NCBI GenBank assembly: GCA_028023455.1
Contig: JAQFVV010000008.1
Span: forward strand, 9,610,001 to 9,674,000
Reading direction: 5' to 3'
DNA length: 64,000 nucleotides
Origin: Epiperipatus broadwayi
Taxonomy: Eukaryota; Animalia; Onychophora
The stretch's first letter is position 1, and the number at the start of each line of letters is the position of its first letter. Under the pieces are notes generated by a model. That model was not told where the DNA came from and made no database searches. It worked only from the letters and a program-made list of their open reading frames with translations. Below are positions 40,048-51,560 of the stretch, one piece after another. A program made the translations under genes and the position numbers.

Positions 40048-41372
40048 GATACTGCCAAATCTCTAGCGCTCGTTAAATACTTAACCGACGGCCAATCAGA
40101 TGTCAGGGATCGCTGTCCAAATGACATCCAAGCCCAAACACCCAACAAAGATTTTACGAGAAAAGGGCGGCCACCCTTTTCTCTACTTTTCTTTCTATGT
40201 ATATCTAAGCCAGCCATAAGCATTTAGGTTTGAAAGTTTGAAGCTTTAAATATCTTCACAATTAACTCACTGAGTTTAAATCATAAACATACAATGCAAA
40301 ATCCTATGATTTACTATGAAGTAGTTTTTAGAATACATAACAAGCAGTAAAGTATATAAATAATATTTTAATTTGCAAAGCGCAGATAGTTGAAAATTGA
40401 AAATAAATCGATACTGCCAAATCTCTAGCGCTCGTTAATTACTTAACCGACAGCCAATCAGATGTCAGGGATAGCTGTCCAAATGACATCCAAACACACA
40501 ACAAAGATTTTACAAAAAAAGGGCGGCCACCATTTTCTCTAATTTTCTTTCTATATATCTAAGCCAGTCGTAAGCATTTAGGTTTGAAAGTTTGAAGCTT
40601 TAAATATCTTCACAATTAACTCCCTGAGTCTAAGTCATAAACGTACAATGCTAAATCCTATGATTTACTACAAAGTAGTTTTTAGAACACATAACAAGCA
40701 GTAAAGTTAATCATAGGATTTTGCGTTGTACGTTTATGATTTAGACTCAGTGAGTTAATTGTGAAGATATTTAAAGTTTCAAGCTTTCAAACCTAAATGC
40801 TTATGACAGGCTTAGATATATAGAAAGAAAAGTAGAGAAAATGGTGGCCGCCCTTTTCTCGTAAAATCTTTGTTGTGTATTTGGGTTTGGATGTCATTTG
40901 GACAGCTATCTCTGACATCTGATTGGCTTTCGGTTAAGTATTTAATGAGTGCTAGAGATTTGGCAGTATCTCGATTTATTTTCAATTTTCAACTATCTGT
41001 GCTTCGCAAAATATTATTTACATACTTTACTGCTTGTTATGTATTCTAAAAACTACTTCGTAGTAAATCATAGGATTTCGCATTGTACGTTTATGATTTA
41101 GATTCAGTGAGTTAATTGTGAAGATATCCAAAGCTTCAAGCTTTCAAACCTAAATGCTTACGACTGGCTTAGATATATAGAAAGAAAAGTAGAGAAAAGG
41201 GTGGCACCCTTTTCTCGTAAAATCTTTGTTGTGTGTTTGGATTTGAATGCCATTTGGACAGCTATCCCTGACATCTGATTGGCTGTCGGTTAAGTATTTA
41301 ATGAGCACTAGAGATGTGGCAGTATCTCGATTTATTTTCAATTATCTGCGCTTTGCAAATTAAAATATTATT
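40048..41372. repeat. Mirror-symmetric array of four ~362-bp units (two forward, two reverse)
   Basis: gatactgccaaatctctagc starts at 40048 and 40410 (period 362). Orientation flips at about 40707. Reverse copies end with ggcagtatc at 40970 and 41326. Confidence 0.95.
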
Positions 41373-41473
41373 ATTTAGAAATGAAATATAAAAAGAAATC
41401 TCTATTAAACAATAGATCATAAATTAGTATGCTTCAAAAGTAAAATAATAGAAGCACTATAAAAAGTCATATA

Positions 41474-42411
41474 CACCTGGGTCTCTTTTTACACGGATTT
41501 ATTTAATGTGATTCATGTTTCTCCGGAAGTCGAACTCGATAATGCTATTATTTTAAATAATAAATTTCACGTATATTGAAAGTAATAGCACATTATTGGA
41601 ATTCGACTTTCATCTTAGTAATTTCAATATTTTCAGTGCTTTATAATAGTAAGATTTTATGCAATAATGAAATTAAAATCATGATTTCCACATTTTATGT
41701 ATACACACATTAAATTTTACAAGATTATAATGTAAATTTGTTCAAACATTGTGCGTGTTAATTTTGCATTTTAAATCACATTCTGTTTTTGCTTTTTAAA
41801 AAAGAACGTAATCAATTATTAATCATTTAGTGTCCGCAAGTTTATTTTTAAAAGGTGAGTAATAACAGTGAGCACAATTAAAATTGAAAATTAAAAAATT
41901 AAAGACAAAAATAAGAATTTAATTTTTAGTTATTAGATTAATTACTAATTACGTTGTCACCAGAAAACCATTAACACAACGTGAGAGTGACATTGGCGCT
42001 AGTTGTATTTTCTCTTGTGAAGAATCTGATTTTTTACCAGTTTGCAAACGAACCTGTTTATCGGCAAATAGTGATAATAATTAAAACGTGTATAAAAAAT
42101 GTAAATTACTGTAAATTATGCATAAAAAATATATTGTTTTGAATAAAATTAAATATTATAGTTAAAAAAAATTTGTCTTGTATCAATTTTTTTCAAATTT
42201 GAAATTTTTTATTAATCATATTTTATTTCGTTATTTTTTTTTGTGTGAATTTTAAAGTAATTTTACGTTGGTGCTTTGCTTTTACGCGATTTTTGAAAAA
42301 TCACAGTCCGTATCCCCCCTTTTTCAAGGTAAGTTACATCTATTTTTGCGCGATTTAGTTTGCATGTGTTTTCTGAGGAACCTATCTATCATGTAAAACG
42401 AGACCCAGGTG
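41474..42411. mobile_element. Non-autonomous Tc1/pogo(Tigger)-type MITE
   Basis: TA|cacctgggtctctttttacacgg ... tcatgtaaaacgagacccaggtg|TA: terminal inverted repeats of about 25 bp with TA on both sides and no internal ORF. Confidence 0.85.
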
Positions 42412-43153
42412 TACTAATTTTTAGAAACAACTGCAACTTGTATTGAAACATGAAATTTCTTTTAATAAGAATATTGTAATCATAAGTTAGTCTGATCTTG
42501 GGTTCACTAAAAAGAAGAATCCTAAACTATTATCTAAAATGATTATAGTATTACTGATATGATCAAAAGAAATGTGACATTTTCCACATAGTTGATTAAT
42601 AAAATGAATGTGGAGCTTTATAATCAATATAAAAATTTGAAGGCAGAAAGTCAATAATTGACGTTAACTTTGAGGTGATTGGTAGATTAAAACTACTTAA
42701 GAGTATAACTATTTGCCAATCAAAGTCAAAAGTAATTTTTAATATTTTGAAAATAAAATATGGACAAAAAATATTACCCTATTAAATTACCAAATTGAGA
42801 TATCTATTTTTAATAATATATCCATCCTACAGACTCATTTAGATTTGAACAGAAATAACAAGTTTGACTGAAATTAAAATATTTTTTTTGTCATCTTAAA
42901 AATAGAAAGCTGAAGGTTCTTATGAAATACCTGGTGAAGTTTTAAAACATGATGGTACTATTAGAATTTTTAAAAATGCATAGGTCTATGAAATTGTAAA
43001 ACCTGATTTTATCAATGCTTATATTATTTCAGTGTATAAAAATAAATGACTGCAGTAATTATAATTAAAAATGCATTGTTATTCTCCATATGGACTTTAT
43101 TAAATAGAGTATTTCCAATCAAAGATGAGTAATTATTAGATTCTGTATAGAGA

Positions 43154-44672
43154 GGTATTTTCCAATTTTGTCCCATGCTACCACTTGAGGGCACTTATTT
43201 CCAATAGTCAGAGATAATTATACAGTTGCAGGGACTAATGTTTAATGAAAGTAAATAAACCACATAGTTGTGACTTGAGAATTTTTAAATTTATTGTATA
43301 AAAATATGACAAAATGATATGCTATGGAAAATCAGAATGCATTTCACAAATATGTGATTACTTGCTCGCTGAAATCAAAAATTGCATTGATTATCTTTTT
43401 ATGCTCAAGATGATGATAATTTGAGATCTACCAGCAACAGAATGTAAAGCAATGGAATTTTTCCAAAGAAATCATATCCTGCCCTCTCAAAAAATCTGCG
43501 TCAATGGCCACAATATGAAATTTTACTTTGCCCGAATCCTGGAATGGGGATGTAATTTAAAACTCTGCCAACACTATGTAGCGCTATGTAAAGACACGTG
43601 ACTTGAAGGTTCTAAAATAATGCTTCTAACAGCCATCCAATTTATTTATTATTGGAGTAGAGATACCATGACAATTGAATGTATAAAACATGAATTGGAT
43701 TTGTGCAAAGACACTATAATTTCTTGGAACAGTTATCTAAGAGAAGTGCACAAAGAAAGTTTATTGATTCAGCCATTGTGCAAAATTGGAGGACCTGGAA
43801 AAATTTTAGAAGTCGATGAAAGTCTGTACAAATGAAAGAGCTAACAAAGGAGAATATTCCCACAATAGTGGTTATTCGGTGGTTTATGCAGGGGAATCAA
43901 AGAATGTTTTATTGTTACTGTTCCTTGTCAGACAGTGTCCATTCTACTTGATGCCATTCAACAAAATATAGCACAAGGATCAACAATTTATTCTGATTGT
44001 TGGAAAGCCTATAAAACTAATGAATAAAGAAATGCAGGATTTGAACATTTTAAAGTTAATCATAGTTATAATTTTGCTGATCCTTCTACTGGAGTGCATA
44101 CCCAAAACATAAAAAGACTTTGGGGTCTAGTTAAATAGTGCAATAAAAGACAGAAGGGATTAGTTAAATAGTGCAATAAAAGACAGAGGGGAATTTCTCG
44201 CAAACACATGGATTCCTATTTAGCTGAGTTCATGTGGCAGTGATTGCACCAAGAAGATTTATTTGTCTCAATTTTAGAAGTCATTAGCAAAGTGTAACTA
44301 TTTTTTTTATTACTTTCATTTTGTTTTGTTTTTTACTTTAATTAAACATTAGAATACAAAATTGTTTTTGTCTTTTTTACTTTCATTTTCAACAAATACC
44401 CCCAATTATGCTACATACTACCAATTTGTTAGTAATTACGTTTTTTTTTTTTATTCTTTGATTAAATACCAAATTATTGTTTATTTCAGTATATTAGTCA
44501 GTACTTGTGTTTTTGTTTTTTACATTAATTAAATGTAAGAATACAAAAATGGTGTTCGATGTTTTTTACTTCGACTGCCATTAAACGTTAGTCCCTGCAA
44601 CTGTATAATCATCTCTGACTATTGGAAATAAGTGTCCTCAAGTGGTGGCATGGGGCAAAATCGGAAAGTACC
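43154..44672 (+). mobile_element. Full-length but inactivated Merlin DNA transposon
   Basis: Terminal inverted repeats of about 95 bp (ggtattttccaattttgtcccatgc... and ...gcatggggcaaaatcggaaagtacc) enclose the transposase pseudogene. Confidence 0.9.
43452..44297 (+). pseudogene. Merlin/ISXO2-like DDE transposase pseudogene
   Basis: MEFFQRNHIL..CVNGH, WNSYLREV, KIGGPGKILEVDESLY, WLFGGLCR, STIYSDCWKAY, VNHSYNFADPSTGVHTQNIKRLW and HMDSYLAEFMW, with several in-frame stops. Confidence 0.9.
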
Positions 44673-44952
44673 GTTTTAGAAAGTAAAGAAGCACTTGTAG
44701 TCATGTTTTTTGTTGCCAAGCAAATACAAAAAGACAATGTTTGAAAATAACTGCTTGCCCATGGAAGTTTTATTTATTTTGCATAACTGTTATATAATGA
44801 TATGAGAAAAGCATTATCTTTGATCGTTAAAATCTAAGACTGGAAACAAAAATCAGTATTAAATATATATATTATTTTCAAGTTAGTTTTCCTACTTTAT
44901 AACAATGGTTTTGGGAATTATTTTATAACAATAGTCTTTGTAACACTTTATA

Positions 44953-45948
44953 CAGTGTTTCCCTGAAAATAAAACTGGGTCTTGTATTAATTTTTACTTC
45001 AAAAGACCCGTAGGGCTTATGTTCAGGGGATGTCTTATTTTTTTCATGTACAAAAACTTACAATTATTCAAGTAATTCTCTTTACAGAAAGCTGTAATAT
45101 TCTTACCCTGGAAGCCCCTATAATTCCTTTCTTGTACTCACCTGAATAGCTCTTTTTTTGTACTCATTTTATCTGGCGATCAGAATATTACAATATTATT
45201 CCATTTATATTTACTATTAAATCAAGGGTTACTTGAAGACTTGTGAGACAGAAATAGTAACAAAAATGATTACAGTTAAGAATAGTTTGTCCATACAAAA
45301 GCAACAAAAAAATGCTGCAAGTACAAAAATTTAGAAAGATGTTTTTTGGATTTCACATGTGTACATTAAGTACATCCATTCACGGTGGCATACAATGAAT
45401 TATGACAATTCATATATGACACAACTACGTCCACCTATTATCAAAACAATTCTCAAATTACTTGTAATAAATAGCACTGCTTGATGATTTAACCTAATCT
45501 GTTATTTTCTGTTATTTTAATATATTTTTTCAGGAGGAAAAAATATATAAAAAATCAAACTAATTTTGCTTTTATTTTAAATAAAGCTACCATGACGAAA
45601 CTCTAAATCTAAGTATTAAATAAAATAAATATCTAAAAATACATAAATGAAATTATAAATTGTGCAAAATACCAACTTGTGATAGATAAATTGTTTCTCA
45701 ATACAGGTAGAATTACATTTGTAGACCGGGAAAATACAAACGAACTATATAATTTATATTACCATTTATTTAAAGCATTAATGCCAATACTATTGTTTAT
45801 TTATACATTCATTACTTTATAATTCAATATAATATCTATCAACTATCTACGTGACTGATGATCTTAACTAGGGCTTATATTATAAGTATCTTGAAAAATC
45901 ATACTAGGACTTATTTTCTGGTTAGATCTTATTTTCAGGGAAACATGG
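44953..45948. mobile_element. Tc1/pogo-type MITE
   Basis: Left end TA|cagtgtttccctgaaaataa is inverted at the right as cttattttcagggaaacatgg. The subterminal agggcttat...ttatttt motif is repeated. Confidence 0.7.
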
Positions 45949-48939
45949 TTTTGGTAATGGAGGCTAAATAAAACATATATAGTAAAAATATAAACTTTAA
46001 TCTTAGGCTTCTAGATATAATAATGTGAGCTATTATTGCCAACTCATACATAAGGTTATTGTTTGAATGCAACTTACCAAGAATTTGCTTTAGTGATTAA
46101 TTTTCAAAAACTCAAGAACTTTATCAGCCAATGAGAAGGACAGAAATCAGCATTTTTAAAACCTTTTGAGAAAATGTACTATGTAAAGATGCATCACAAT
46201 AACAACCTGCAAAATTTATTGTAATGAAGTGAATAATAGCGCCTCTATTAATGAAACATAAAGACATTGATATTCTGAACATACAAAAGCAGAATCATAA
46301 TATTAATCAACATTATTTAGTTTGTTAAGATTTGTTATTAAATATACAATTATAAGAACTTATCTTTAAGGGACTGAATACATGAAATAATTGACAAATA
46401 ATAGACTTTCCAATAAATTATTTTATAGTCAACTTGAAGAATATTAATTATTTTTACTGGGAGGATGTAGTTGAGAATAAAATACAATTAAGAACTACAA
46501 TCAGGTAAAATGTTGAAATCTTTTAAAAAAAATAATACTCTGCTAATAAAAAAGTTAAAAGGCACTATCATAAGATGTTAAATAAAAAGATTAATATGGA
46601 CATACTTGTACCTTACGTAATGGTTTTATATGGTCATTGTAAAACTCATCTCTTGTTTTCTTTTCTTTTGTAATAAGAATCATTCTATTTGTTTACAAAT
46701 GGTCATTAACAATGATGAACATATAATCACACATCATTTAATATAAGCAAAGAACAATAAATTGATGATGATTACTTAGTGTTTCATCATAACTGCTTTT
46801 AAAAAAATTCCAAAAGTATTATATTTCTGAGAATATGATCCAAGTTCCTTTTTCATTTCATAAAGAAAAAGTCTATAGTAAGATTCAAAAATAGATTAAA
46901 ATCTTTTACTGAAAAAAAATTTACTCAATGTAAAATTTGATTTCAAGATATTTGCAAGCAGATCTTCATGCATGCTTTAATATTTTTTAAATTTTCTTTT
47001 ATATTCTACAGAAATGGATTTTTAAAAATTATTTTTTAAGTATTAATTTTTAACATAATAAGTGTTGTGACTATATTTGTGATTACACATGCCTTACATT
47101 AAAAATAAATAAATAATAATAATTATGTTAATATTACTTTCATTATACTGTAGGATGAAAGTTTGAATACATTATTACCAAAGTATGCTTTATAAATGCA
47201 CAATAAGAATCACTTAATAAAGACTTCGTCAATAAGCTCAAATTCACAATTTTAGACATAAAAACATCATAGTAACAAATAAATCTAAATATTAAACGAA
47301 TACTAGCACTATATATTTGGGGATAGGAGAGTTCCCGATGGTTATGTACCTCTTGAATATTCTAGTGATTTGCTTTTTTTTCCAATTAATAATGGAATAT
47401 ATAGTGATGTGTATTATTTTATTTATTATTGTCAGTTATCAATCTTTCTTTTACTCAGACAACCAACCATTAAGCTCTAATCAAAAAGGATTAATTCCTT
47501 AATGTTTAACGATGAGACATAATTTAAAAGTTAAGGTGACAATAATAAATATTAACTCTTGGATTTGGTAGATAATTAGAAATCTTTCTTATATTTATTG
47601 CATATTAGTGGTTGTTTATATATATAAGTACACACACCCATATATATATATGAATTTTAATAGTAATTAAATTCAACTAAAATATTAAGTTAATAAAATA
47701 GACTGGAAGGCAAATGTGAATTGCTAAAAACAATCTGAATGCAGAAAGATAAAATTTCCTTTAAATAATATTAAAATAAATACCTTTTCCATAAAAAAAA
47801 TTCTTTATTAATATTTGTAATTATAAATAGGTCTGATATAGTAGCTTCTATTTATTCCCCACCATTGCCTTTACTTGATTATCTTACATCCATGCATTGC
47901 AAATGCTACAACTCCTGACTCAGTTATTTGATAAGGTAAACGGCACAACTGTCAGAAGTTTGAAGCCATTTAGAGTCTAATGCAATCCCTTGTCAGCTTT
48001 TGTAAGCTGAAAGAGAAATAGAAGCATAAATGAGTAAAACCGGTGGAGGGAGGGGGATTCTGCAATCATTCAACTAAGAAGAAATAGTAAACTAATGGTG
48101 AAGCAGCTTGTTGGGCTGCCAATTCAGATTGTCATTCGTGTGCACTACTCATTAAAAATGGGTGAAACTGATAGAGTAACCATCAGCTTTCTAAACTTAA
48201 AAATATAAAATAAAAACTGCAAATATATATATAAAAACTGGCACTAGCAGACAAAAGATTTTTAAATCATAATAGAAAGTAGTCATTGGAAACAAAATCA
48301 GACTGGATATTATCTTGAGCAAACACAGACTTAAAATCAGATTTATATTTATAGAGCACACAACTGTTTATTTTGCATTAATTTTGGGAATAATTTAATT
48401 AAAAAATAACTTTGTTAAATAGTTTGAAAAGAATAAGTAGTTGCTTGAAAGATTTGTTTTCATCTTTAGCCATTATGCATATTATACATCCAATACTATT
48501 GTATTTTTAAATCTAACACACCTTACATAAGATCACAATTTTTAACTTAACTCTTGAAATAATTTATTTTCAATCTTCTTACTTCTAAGCAAATAATCTA
48601 TTTTCTAAATATTTCAAAACCAAAGACTTAAAAACAATTTTCTGGGATAATCCTATTTTTATTTTTACTTTTTCTATCTTAATCTACTTATCAACTTAAA
48701 CCAGCTGATCTCAAACTTTTAGTATTCAGAATCCAACTTTCTGCATCAGCTTTAATGGAACTCTCCTTTCAATGTTTATTTTTTTTGGAACCATAACAAT
48801 TAATATCAAAATATCTTTTGTGTTACTTATAGATATTTAACTATTTTTAAGGCTATTATTTTATTTTTATAGCAACAGAATTATTTTGGTTTCAATAATC
48901 AGGTTTTTTTCAATTTTTTTGTCTATTTTTCATGTCTTT

Positions 48940-49012
48940 GGGTCCACCCTTTTATTATTTTGCGCTCCTCTTGGGGGTGGGAGCACATCACAGGTTGAGA
49001 TGCATTGATCTA
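48940..49012. mobile_element. Possible isolated hAT-type MITE end
   Basis: gggggtgggagcacatcacaggttgagatgcattgatcta resembles the reverse complement of CAGTGGTTCTCAACCT-type hAT termini. No partner end found. Confidence 0.25.
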
Positions 49013-50599
49013 AATAAATAAAATTGTTTATTGCTGACATTATTTTTCAACTTTTGCTTTTTTTTTTTTCAATTTAAAATCATTAAATATTTTTTCAATA
49101 GTGTTTAGCATTTTTTTAGTTATCAGCTTATCTAATATGCCAAGCTTTATTTTGAATAAGGAGGTCAATACTTTTCTCAAAACTCATTGTAAAATAAAAT
49201 CCTATATGAAAAATTAGCAATTATAATGGTTTTATATGATAAAAAATTCAATATTAATGTTTAAATATAGTATATAAATTGTTTCCTGACACAGAGCAGA
49301 TGTTGCCTTTTTCATCATAAATTGCAGTACTTAGCCTATATTGCTTGAAATGTTATCATCATCCATTAAAATCATAAATGTATTTCAGCTAAAATAATTG
49401 TATATTCTCTTATTTATTTTTGGTGCAATATAAATATACAATTATGAGATTATTTTTTTTTTGCAATGAATTGACATTTTATTACATGATATAAATAAAA
49501 ATGACATACATAGAAGAATTCTAACTAACAATGTACATTTTGTAATTATTTTTTTGTTGTTTTTTAATTACATAATAATAAAACTTTAATACTGTCTTTT
49601 CTTGGAAAACTAGTTTTGATGCAAACTTGTTTCTTTAATTGCCTTTACAATTGTGATGTAGAAATTATCATGACATTAAATAAAAAATAGATAAATAAAT
49701 CATATTTTAGTTAATATCATGTATACATTTCCTAAAAAAAAATTTTTTGGGGGGAGGCGGGGCTGCAATTTATTATGTGATCAATGTTTTTTTTAAAACA
49801 TTATATAATTTTTTTGCTACTACATATGAATTAGAAAATTATCATTTAAAATAATGTCTGCCATTTTGGAAAAATCCTTAAAGTAAACAAGTGTTTTTTA
49901 AAGTACAGAAAATCTGCTATATATATATTGCATCAATATACATTACTTCAATTATATACTATCCCCTCTCCTTCAAAAAAAAAAAAAATCTCATTAAAAT
50001 TTATAAATTTTACAATATTATAGCAGTTATTTTTCTGTCTTCAAGTGCCATAGGCAATCATGGTTATTAATAATGTCTCTTTGGGTTAAATTGAAAACAA
50101 ACATTTTATTCATCATTTTGATAAACTGTTTTTTAAGCATAGAACTAAAAGTTCTGCAAAATTTAATAAAACCCACTATCTTTAGTATATAATACTACTC
50201 ATGAGAAAAGTATTATTTTATAATATAATTAAAGTTCCAAATAGGTATTTAAATAAATAAAAAAACTAAAAATAATTTTAAAATGATTTTATTTTACATT
50301 AGAAATTTTAATGTAAATTTTTTTGATGTGTTTTTAACAAATTGTCCTATTACATATTCCACAAACATGAAAAGTTTTTCTTTTCACTGGGAAAGACTCT
50401 GGCGGGAAGTTTTCCTTATCCCGAATCTTTTGTCATCTGGATTTTTATCACAGTCACTATTAGTAGCTTCAGATCTTACTAATGTTTCTAAAATATGAAC
50501 ACAAAGTTCATTTTGGATGTTATACATTAGGGAAACCTTTCTTTGAATACAGATTTGTAAGTAATTTTGCTAATGATTTAAAAAAAATCCATGCATTGA

Positions 50600-51560
50600 A
50601 TTTTCTTCAAATGTTGGAATTTAGATATTTAACACTTGGAAAAAAATTGTCATTGATCAACATCTTGTTCTTCCGCAGAATGAACAATTGGCATATTTCC
50701 AATCAAATGGATCCACTTCTTTTATTGAGTTATATTTAGCAATCATCTCAGATTTTTTCAGTGCTAGGATTGATCTTGTTAGAGTAGTACATGGAAGAAA
50801 TTACATTGTTTTGGAACATATGATAACAGTGCAATTAATATTGTCATGAAATCCAAATAAAATGCTTCCTAGTGGTTTGACTTTAATGGCAGAAAAGTTA
50901 TAGAAATGTCTTTTATTTTTCTTCAAAGTTCCCAAATAGGTTAGTCCTCTTTTTTGTAACTTTCGACCACTTCTACAGAGATAAACCAATTGTCTGCTGT
51001 AACATTTCCGTTGGAACTTGGTATTGGCTTCCCCAATCTATGTGATGGGATATTAAAATGTTTCTCTTTTTCAAATGCCTTATGTCAGAATCTTTTCCTG
51101 AGTATATAAGCATTTGGAAGATGACTTCTTAAAACATCAAGAACGGAAATAATTTTTATACCATATTTCCAGCTTTTTTAGCATAGAACATTTTAAATCT
51201 ATATCTCCCCCTAATGTCACAAACATTTCATCAATGTAAGCATGTGTTCCAATGACATAATTTTTTTGCAATTTACAATAAACATTTCAAGTAAATTATT
51301 GATGGCAAATGTAGGATATTTTTTTTTCTCATTCTTATCGATCATCGAGAATTATCAAAATGAAGTAAAAATTCAAATTTTCTTTTAGACATAGTTTCTG
51401 AAAATTTTCACACCCAGTTCCATTAGTAGTTCCCAAAATACTTTCAGTTCTAACAGATCCATATCGCAAAGATGATTATGATTTTGAGATTTATATTTTG
51501 CTCTCACTTGTTCAATTTTTTTACTTCAGAATGATAGCCGTAAACAGTAAATATACTTTT
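50600..51560 (-). pseudogene. piggyBac (PGBD-like) transposase pseudogene
   Basis: FSETMSKRKFEFLLHFDNS, THAYIDEMFV, NVTADNWFISVE, KRGLTYLGTLKKNKR, SILFGF and YNSIKEVDPFD appear in order, covering all three catalytic-D motifs, with frameshifts and stops. Confidence 0.85.

Noticed and set aside
40048-40410. HDV-like, twister or hammerhead ribozyme; canonical Helitron ends
   Set aside because: Only 6 nt separate the candidate P2 and P1' strands (no room for HDV P3/L3), twister-like words are too far apart, there is no CUGANGA, and only a weak AT-rich hairpin precedes the CTAG.
40048-41372. Assembly or read fold-back artefact
   Set aside because: The four copies differ by many substitutions and indels, which a simple read inversion would not be expected to produce. 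Long reads are still needed to confirm.
46610-46690. Possible minus-strand exon (MILITKEKKTRDEFYNDHIKPL) ending at gtaagg
   Set aside because: Weak acceptor, short, and no recognisable homology.
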